A stretch of DNA of 16,870 bases from Bdellovibrionota bacterium (GTDB lineage Bacteria > Bdellovibrionota_C > UBA2361 > JBIKWN01). The stretch is taken from the NCBI GenBank assembly GCA_044356295.1, contig JBIKWN010000055.1, forward strand, positions 1 to 16,870. Reading direction: 5' to 3'. Shown here in pieces: positions 1-6,141 of the stretch (position 1 is the first letter of the stretch; every line of letters begins with the position of its first letter). The position numbers were made by a program, and so were the translations under genes. The notes beneath the pieces were generated by a model. It searched no databases. It was not told the DNA's origin and worked only from the letters and a program-made list of their open reading frames with translations.

Positions 1-28
1 TTCGCGACCTTCGCGTTACAAAAAAGAA

Positions 29-811
29 TTAATGCGCAGCACCCATACTAACCTGATACATCTCTTCCATAAGAGGAATATTTCGACGCCAGTTAGGATC
101 CATTTTATCCCAAAGGATTTCAGTAGGCTGCTCTTGAACATGTAGCTCTTGAATCTTTGCTTGAGTAACAATCAGATCTGCTTTTACATCCCAAGGTTGA
201 AGAGGAAATGCTTCGGGTGTTACCTGTGTATCATGAACAATAACCGCAACAGGAGTCTTAACAGAAGTAAGTCCCATTTTTTGCCACATGATCCATTCAG
301 AATCAAACCATCCACAACCTTTTCCACCACGGCCACCGTGAGCGCTACTTACAAAAAGCGCACCAGTAATCATAAAATCAATATTCCCAGCAGCTCTCAC
401 TGCATCAAGTGTAGTAAGAGGTTTTCCAAAACGCTCAAACCCATCAAGTGTTGCAGAGAATTCTTCTTGTCCGGCGGGAACCATATCTCGAGTTAATAAA
501 AGAGCCCCACGACGAATGCCGTGAGTTGTCATAACGACTTCTTTATTTTGTTCAATGGCTCGTTGTCTTAATAATTCAGTACTTCTGTCAGGAGTGATAA
601 AGACACGTTTTGAATTGATCCATGTAGGGTGATTACAAAGAAGTTCAGTAGCTTTTTCAAAGCCAATAAAATTAGGAATAAATTCTGCAAGATCGAGATG
701 AAATACAGCATCAGGTATTAAAAGATTTTTTTCAATTAATGTCTTTGCAACATGCTCGCGAATAACATGTTTTGCACTATCTACATCATCAGTTGCTCTT
801 ATAAATGCCAC
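29..811 (-). CDS. 5-formyltetrahydrofolate cyclo-ligase family protein (MTHFS/MTHFSD-like), paralogue 1
   Basis: 260-aa ORF, GTG start preceded by GAAGGA. Family motifs IPNFIG, VFITPD, DFMITGALFVS..GRGGKGCGWFDSEW (GxRxGKGxGxxD-like), VIVHDTQV and DVKADLIVT. Confidence 0.85.
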   Translation of the reverse strand: MAFIRATDDVDSAKHVIREHVAKTLIEKNLLIPDAVFHLDLAEFIPNFIGFEKATELLCNHPTWINSKRVFITPDRSTELLRQRAIEQNKEVVMTTHGIRRGALLLTRDMVPAGQEEFSATLDGFERFGKPLTTLDAVRAAGNIDFMITGALFVSSAHGGRGGKGCGWFDSEWIMWQKMGLTSVKTPVAVIVHDTQVTPEAFPLQPWDVKADLIVTQAKIQELHVQEQPTEILWDKMDPNWRRNIPLMEEMYQVSMGAAH

Positions 812-840
812 TTTTGAAATCCTTCAAAAATAAATAAAAA

Positions 841-1605
841 TTAAACAGCTTTTTTAGTTAGCTTTGCTCTTAGTTCATTTAAGAATGGTACATCTCTGTA
901 TTGGTCTGCCTGGACTAAGTCCCACGCAACACCTGTTGGTTGTGGATATGGTGTATGAGTTTCGATAATTTCATTTGGAGTAACTATCCAGTGAAGCGCT
1001 GAGTCATGCTCAAGCATAATAAGCTTTTCATTCTCAACAACTTGTACATCATGAACAGTAGTAACAATCGGGGCATGTTCCGGAATAGTGCCAACTTCTC
1101 TAAAAATCCCAAGCTCTAAATCAGCAAATCCACCACCTTTACCGGTTCGTCCACCTTCTCGAGTCACTGCAACACACCCAACAACGCAAACATCCATAGG
1201 GAGCATTTCGTCGAACTGAACGCGTTTACCATGTTTGAGCGCACCTGATGAGACTGCAGCTTCTTCGAAAGATACCCCGTTTTTTTTGAGTTCTTCAGGA
1301 TCTAGGAGTAAAAAAGGAAAATCTTGAACTAGTTCAGGTACCGGTGTGTAAACTAACTTACCTTCTTGCAGCGCTTTAAGCCGGACAGGTATTTGAGGAG
1401 CGTCAGGATTACACTTAACAACTTTAGCGCTCTTCCAAAAAGGAAGCGTTGCAAGTTTTTCAGCGGCGGTATGGGCACCAAAAAAGTTGGGTATAGCGCT
1501 CCAAATCGGCTCTATTCCAGCTTTTGAGGTTTCTAGAGCAGACCAAACTTCTCTTCGAAGGGTATCTTTATCGGTATTTCTTCCTTTCCATCGCTCATTT
1601 GTCAT
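841..1605 (-). CDS. 5-formyltetrahydrofolate cyclo-ligase family protein (MTHFSD-like), paralogue 2
   Basis: Motifs KDTLRREVW, IPNFFGA, VKCNPDAPQ, DVCVVGCVAV, GGRTGKGGGFADLE, TTVHDVQV and HDSALHWIVTP. Start moved from 1650 (TTG) to ATG 1605 (MTNERW) because GAGGA lies just upstream of it. Confidence 0.9.
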   Translation of the reverse strand: MTNERWKGRNTDKDTLRREVWSALETSKAGIEPIWSAIPNFFGAHTAAEKLATLPFWKSAKVVKCNPDAPQIPVRLKALQEGKLVYTPVPELVQDFPFLLLDPEELKKNGVSFEEAAVSSGALKHGKRVQFDEMLPMDVCVVGCVAVTREGGRTGKGGGFADLELGIFREVGTIPEHAPIVTTVHDVQVVENEKLIMLEHDSALHWIVTPNEIIETHTPYPQPTGVAWDLVQADQYRDVPFLNELRAKLTKKAV

Positions 1606-1732
1606 GTGCTTTCCTCGATTTTTATATACAGCAGCGTAAGAGTAGCACAATCGAGAACGCTACCCAAAAGGAGATAGAAAGAAATTATTTGGGTAAAAAC
1701 AAGAGAATTATCCGAATAGTGCCCTCGAGAAC

Positions 1733-1760
1733 TTGACTAGCTAGGTTAAGAAAATAAACT
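1733..1760 (+). promoter_or_regulatory. Putative sigma70-type promoter for the GCH II-like/SIS/QueD-like operon
   Basis: TTGACT (1733-1738), 16-nt spacer, TAAACT (1755-1760), 30 nt upstream of ATG 1791 in the divergent intergenic region. Confidence 0.4.
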
Positions 1761-1790
1761 AGGTTTGATTTTCTCTAACTTATTAAAAAA

Positions 1791-4001
1791 ATGCAGACAT
1801 CTTTTAATACTCTTACTTCTTCAGAGGTATATCGCCTTTCTTTTCCTAATAAAGACAATAACTTACCGGATCTTACCGGTTCAGCAGGTGGGTACTTTAA
1901 AGATTGGTATAAATCATCAGTAGAACAAAAATCTCCTAAATTAACTCATGAACAACAACATCTTGTTGCTACAGAGCTCTGTGTTTCAATCGTTGAGCTA
2001 CTACGTGCTAAGGGCATTGAGGCGTATATCTCTCTTGTTCCTGTGCGTACTGCTTTTTCGAAAGATCTCTTTGATGTGCGACCTATGGTCATTATAGATC
2101 CTAAGCGTGGTGAACATCATTATAACATGCAAGCAAAGAAAGTTTGGGAAGACGGTAATACTTTCATTTCTGTCGATCCACTATCCTTTGTTCGTGATTC
2201 TGGTGCAAAAATTCGCTCCCAGAGTTACAAAAGTCCATTACGTGTAGCTACAATACCAGCAAGAGTATTAATCGATCGAGAATTTGGCGATGAATCGCTT
2301 CCATTAGAAGTTTATGAACTCCATACGAAAAAACTTACGAAATCAAAGGAAGATGGAAGTGCAGTTGAGGTAAATTCACGATATGGATATCTATCATCGG
2401 ATGTTGTTTATCCTCCATTTCAAGCCAAAGGAGATATTGGTAAATTAAATAGCTTTTTAACTGACCCAGAATTTGCCTCAAAGATTTCCCCCTGGGGTGC
2501 CGAGACTCTTTTAAATCAACGACCGATATCAGGTACAACTCAATTTGATGCTGTTTCTGAATTTGAGTTCGAAGGTAAAACTTGGTTTAAATATCTATTT
2601 CATGACACTCAAACTAAAGAACATACGTTTGCCCTCGTTAGGGGTGATATTGCCTCAAATAAAGATGTTTATACTCGGGTACACTCTTCATGTGTTACTA
2701 GTGAAACTTTAGGAGCGCTTGATTGTGATTGTAGAGATCAGTTGCGAAGAGCAATGGAGATCATTAATGAAAAAGATTCCGGAGTAATCTTTTACTGCGT
2801 TCAAGAAGGTAGAGGGGCTGGATATGCACCTAAAGGAAGAGATAGAAGTGCTGTGCAAGCGACAGGACATCAAGTAGACGATCTGTATGAAACCTATGAT
2901 AAGATGGGATTAAAAGGAGATTTAAGAGATTACCGCGGCGTTAAAGATATTCTTCATATGTTTGGTTTTGATAACTCTCCAGATAGCCCATCTTTAACAC
3001 TTATTTCGAATAATCAAACAAAACTTGCTGCACTTGCTCAAATGGGCGTAAATGTTAGTGGTCTTCATAAAGTTCCTAAGATGAGAGCTAACCCTTATAA
3101 TACAGATTATCTTGGGGCAAAGAAGTCTAATGCAGATCATGACGTTGAGCATTATGGTGATATCGGTATTACCGTAGAATTGCCTCCTATGATGACTATC
3201 CCTGCTGGCGTAGCGAATACTCATAGTGTCTCTTTTGATTTAATCGCCCAATATTCTTTACCTACGACGACATATCCTGGTCGTACAGTGATGAGCAAAG
3301 AAGAATATCAAGCACTTCTTTTAGAAGTACAAGAGAGAGGAAGTCCAGAGCTTTACAAATCGATTTTAGATGTTGAGGAATTAAATTGCTCACGTGTAGC
3401 GGTAAAACGATCAAGAGATCTTCTTAACCGTCATCGTGATACCCATGGTGTAGATTCGATCTATTCTGCTTTAGCTACAGCTGACTGGCAGTCTTTAAAA
3501 ATCATAGAAGACAAAGATTACAAAAGAACATACGCAGTGCTTGAGTACGGAGATATTAGCGAAGATATCAACCCAATGGTGTACTGCCATTTTGAATCAC
3601 TCGATGCTCGAATCTTTATTGATCCTGAAAGCAGAAAGACATATCGCCAAGCATGGAAGCAAATTATACAAAATGGACATGGCTATATGATCGTAGCTAT
3701 TAATGATGGACAAGGATCGACTATCAATTCTGAAACCATAATTCAGATGAGTCATTTAAAGGAAAAAATGGGACTTTCTCCTTATGATACTTCTCGTTCG
3801 CAAGTGGTCTTCGAAAAGACTCGACAAGAGTGCTTGCAAACTTCAGCCCATATAGCCCAAGCATTCGGATTGGGGGCTCGAGAGTTACAACTACTCGTTT
3901 CAGAAGGTCAAGATCCTGAAGCCAGTGCTTCGATATTTGAAGATATAGGTCTTACAGTTTCATCAATGACTAAAGTTGAGGATTTGGTCGATGTGTCGTG
4001 A
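1791..4001 (+). CDS. Non-canonical multidomain GTP cyclohydrolase II (RibA-like): unknown N-terminal region, GCH II domain, degenerate C-terminal GCH II-like domain
   Basis: RVHSSC(301)-x10-C(312)DC(314) Zn motif, QEGRG, DLRDY, ISNNQTK and NTDYLGAKKSNADH match RibA motifs (RVHSEC..RCDC, QEGR, DxRD, TNNPxK, YLxTK..GH). The C-terminal region repeats the scaffold (AVLEYGDI..PMVYCHFES..QAWKQI..GYMIVAINDGQG) without the Zn cysteines. Confidence 0.85.
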   Translation: MQTSFNTLTSSEVYRLSFPNKDNNLPDLTGSAGGYFKDWYKSSVEQKSPKLTHEQQHLVATELCVSIVELLRAKGIEAYISLVPVRTAFSKDLFDVRPMVIIDPKRGEHHYNMQAKKVWEDGNTFISVDPLSFVRDSGAKIRSQSYKSPLRVATIPARVLIDREFGDESLPLEVYELHTKKLTKSKEDGSAVEVNSRYGYLSSDVVYPPFQAKGDIGKLNSFLTDPEFASKISPWGAETLLNQRPISGTTQFDAVSEFEFEGKTWFKYLFHDTQTKEHTFALVRGDIASNKDVYTRVHSSCVTSETLGALDCDCRDQLRRAMEIINEKDSGVIFYCVQEGRGAGYAPKGRDRSAVQATGHQVDDLYETYDKMGLKGDLRDYRGVKDILHMFGFDNSPDSPSLTLISNNQTKLAALAQMGVNVSGLHKVPKMRANPYNTDYLGAKKSNADHDVEHYGDIGITVELPPMMTIPAGVANTHSVSFDLIAQYSLPTTTYPGRTVMSKEEYQALLLEVQERGSPELYKSILDVEELNCSRVAVKRSRDLLNRHRDTHGVDSIYSALATADWQSLKIIEDKDYKRTYAVLEYGDISEDINPMVYCHFESLDARIFIDPESRKTYRQAWKQIIQNGHGYMIVAINDGQGSTINSETIIQMSHLKEKMGLSPYDTSRSQVVFEKTRQECLQTSAHIAQAFGLGARELQLLVSEGQDPEASASIFEDIGLTVSSMTKVEDLVDVS

Positions 4002-4002
4002 T

Positions 4003-5142
4003 ATGGCAAATCTTAGCGGTGATCACGCACTTGCATGGCGTGGGCTTTCAGCAGATCCAAAACTGCGTACCCTTAGTAATCAAGATCCACTAGGGCATGA
4101 ACTTATGCGCACTCGAATTGATGCGTTGCCTGAGTTATTGAGTTCATACCGAGATCAGGATTCATCACTTTCGGTTTTATCTGCTGGTACTATTGAGATA
4201 GTAGGTGTTGGGACATCTCAAGCTCATTCAGAATTTCTTTCATATTTATTAGAGAAGTATGTTCGCAGAGCATCAAAGGTGATTGATCCACTAGAGATCA
4301 TGCAACATGCTCATGGGGAAGTTTCGAAGGTAAGAGATAATCTCGTAGTATTTTCACAAGGATTATCACCCAATACATATGCTTCAATCGCTGCGTTAAG
4401 CACTGCAAGAAAAGGAATTCTTTTCACTGCTGCTTCTCAAGAAGACGTATCACCAGAGTCTGAAAAAGCAAAAATACTAGAACAAATTTCAAAAAGTGGC
4501 ATTGAAACAGTTCTTTTCCCAATAGCAAACGAATACGAATTGCTGCCTCGATTTATTGGCCCGCTTCTTGGATTCGTAGCTTGTTATAAATTTGTTAAGG
4601 AAGGGCTTTGCAACGAACAAACAAATGAACTTCGCTCACTAGATCTAGATAATTTTTTTAGTAGTTCTAGGAACTGCGCTGAAAAGATACGTGAACAATT
4701 ATCTGATGTTGATTTCGATAAAGCTCCAATCCATCTCGTATCAACGGTACCGTTCCACCGAACAGCATTTAATCTACAAGAAAAGATTCGTGAATGTTTG
4801 CTTCCAGCTGGTGGAGTTTTTCTTTCAAGTATAACGGGATATGATCATGGGCGATTCCAACATAATCTTGTCAATAATGGTGTTGAATTTATTCTTACGA
4901 GAGTTGAACGAGATGGGGTTGAAGGAGAGCTTGTTGAAAATAGACATACCCAATCTAAACAGGCTGGTCTAAATACAATTACAATTGAATCACCATATTC
5001 ACGTGATATTTCAGTAATGTGGTTTGAAATGGTATTTAATTACTTGATGCTTGATCTTGTTAAAGAAAGACAGATGAACTTAGTTGAGTGGCCTGGAAAA
5101 GAGCTTGAGGCTCTTGGTAATTATAGATTAACAGGCCTATAA
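4003..5142 (+). CDS. Double-SIS-domain sugar-phosphate isomerase/deglycase (GlmS C-terminal/FrlB/AgaS-like)
   Basis: IEIVGVGTSQAH (GxGTS), LVVFSQGLSPN (ISQSGET-like), EKIRE (GlmS KLKE-like) and YDHGRF (HGP-like). No glutaminase domain. ATG 4003 lies 1 nt after the upstream TGA; ATG 3991 and TTG 3976 are alternative starts. Confidence 0.8.
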   Translation: MANLSGDHALAWRGLSADPKLRTLSNQDPLGHELMRTRIDALPELLSSYRDQDSSLSVLSAGTIEIVGVGTSQAHSEFLSYLLEKYVRRASKVIDPLEIMQHAHGEVSKVRDNLVVFSQGLSPNTYASIAALSTARKGILFTAASQEDVSPESEKAKILEQISKSGIETVLFPIANEYELLPRFIGPLLGFVACYKFVKEGLCNEQTNELRSLDLDNFFSSSRNCAEKIREQLSDVDFDKAPIHLVSTVPFHRTAFNLQEKIRECLLPAGGVFLSSITGYDHGRFQHNLVNNGVEFILTRVERDGVEGELVENRHTQSKQAGLNTITIESPYSRDISVMWFEMVFNYLMLDLVKERQMNLVEWPGKELEALGNYRLTGL

Positions 5143-5150
5143 GATTTTTC

Positions 5151-6065
5151 ATGAGTCAGTCAATTTATATCAATAGAGTAACAGTTATTGACTGTGCAAG
5201 GTTGAATCCTGAAAGTGGTGAATTTGTAGGAGATAGTTTTAATCTTCATACACTAATTAGTGGGGATGCAAACAGTAAAGAACAAGTCGTAGTAGATTTT
5301 TCATCTGGTAAAAAATTAATCAAATCAGCCATAGATGGCCATGTATTTCATCAAGAAAGTTCTGGTCTAGAAGATAACTCAAAAGAGAATGGTTACGACC
5401 ATAAAACGTGGATTCCAAGCGATCTTATAGATCACTATTCAGAGCAAGGTAGATATATAGAGCTCCAAGGACCTAAGGGCTTCCGAATGTCAGCACCTTC
5501 AAATGCAGTAAAGATTCTACCGCAAAAAGTTCTAGAAGATCTTGAAAGAGGTTCAACAGAAGAACTTCAGAAACATCTAAAGGGTTTTCTAGAGGCAACA
5601 ATTCCTGGATTTTCTTTTGAAGTATTTTTAGATCGAGTTCCCTATCTAGATTACGCTTCACATCTTTTTGGCGAAGTGTACAACACTGTAGGATTTCAGT
5701 ATCTCCATGGATTAAAACAATCAACCTCGTTTGGATGTCAAAATATATTACATGGTCACGGTTCTGTTGTTTCAAGTGATGACCAAGAAGCTGCGATACA
5801 GATTGCAAGGTATCTTGACGGTGCATATCTGTATGAAACTAACTCTAAAACGCCTCATTATGGAACTTTTGCCTATCAAACTCTCGATAGAGGAGCGTTT
5901 AACTTAAAGGTTTCAGAAGACCAGGCTGTAAAGTTAATCGATATTGGCGGCGAGCCTACCATAGAAAACCTCAGTCAACATGTCGCAGAGGCGTTGCAGA
6001 TCAGGACGCCATTTTTAATCTCTGAGGGATTACAGAAAGGCGCTCGTTATCATGGAAAAAGGTAA
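5151..6065 (+). CDS. Tandem T-fold QueD/6-pyruvoyl-tetrahydropterin synthase-like protein
   Basis: N-terminal half has VVVDFSSGKKLIK..GYDHK (PTPS DF..lK..lDH motif). C-terminal half has YLHGLK..GCQNILHGH (Zn His ligands plus catalytic Cys), PTIENL and ISEG. At 304 aa it is about twice the length of single-domain QueD. Confidence 0.85.
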   Translation: MSQSIYINRVTVIDCARLNPESGEFVGDSFNLHTLISGDANSKEQVVVDFSSGKKLIKSAIDGHVFHQESSGLEDNSKENGYDHKTWIPSDLIDHYSEQGRYIELQGPKGFRMSAPSNAVKILPQKVLEDLERGSTEELQKHLKGFLEATIPGFSFEVFLDRVPYLDYASHLFGEVYNTVGFQYLHGLKQSTSFGCQNILHGHGSVVSSDDQEAAIQIARYLDGAYLYETNSKTPHYGTFAYQTLDRGAFNLKVSEDQAVKLIDIGGEPTIENLSQHVAEALQIRTPFLISEGLQKGARYHGKR

Positions 6066-6070
6066 TTTAT

Positions 6071-6099
6071 TTGAGTAACCCTCCATCAAGTTTTATACT
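6071..6099 (+). promoter_or_regulatory. Putative internal sigma70 promoter for the LOG-deaminase gene
   Basis: TTGAGT (6071-6076), 17-nt spacer, TATACT (6094-6099), about 42 nt upstream of ATG 6142. Confidence 0.55.
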
Positions 6100-6141
6100 A
6101 TCGTATCGAAATTTTTCGGAAAATTGAGTGTAGTTTTTCTC

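Noticed and set aside
1..28. Minus-strand TGTAACGCGAAGGTCGCGAA resembles a tRNA anticodon/variable-loop segment
   Set aside because: The 5' anticodon stem arm and D-arm are absent; the preceding bases are a T-run and a CDS stop codon.
149..496. 115-aa plus-strand ORF
   Set aside because: Antisense shadow of the cyclo-ligase gene with no recognisable motifs.
1524..1736. 70-aa plus-strand ORF across the divergent intergenic region
   Set aside because: TTG start inside the antisense gene, no RBS, no motifs, and it overlaps the likely promoter region.
1791..4001. Annotation as canonical ribA or ribBA
   Set aside because: No RibB motifs, the Tyr105 equivalent is substituted, and no other rib genes are adjacent, so the gene symbol is withheld.
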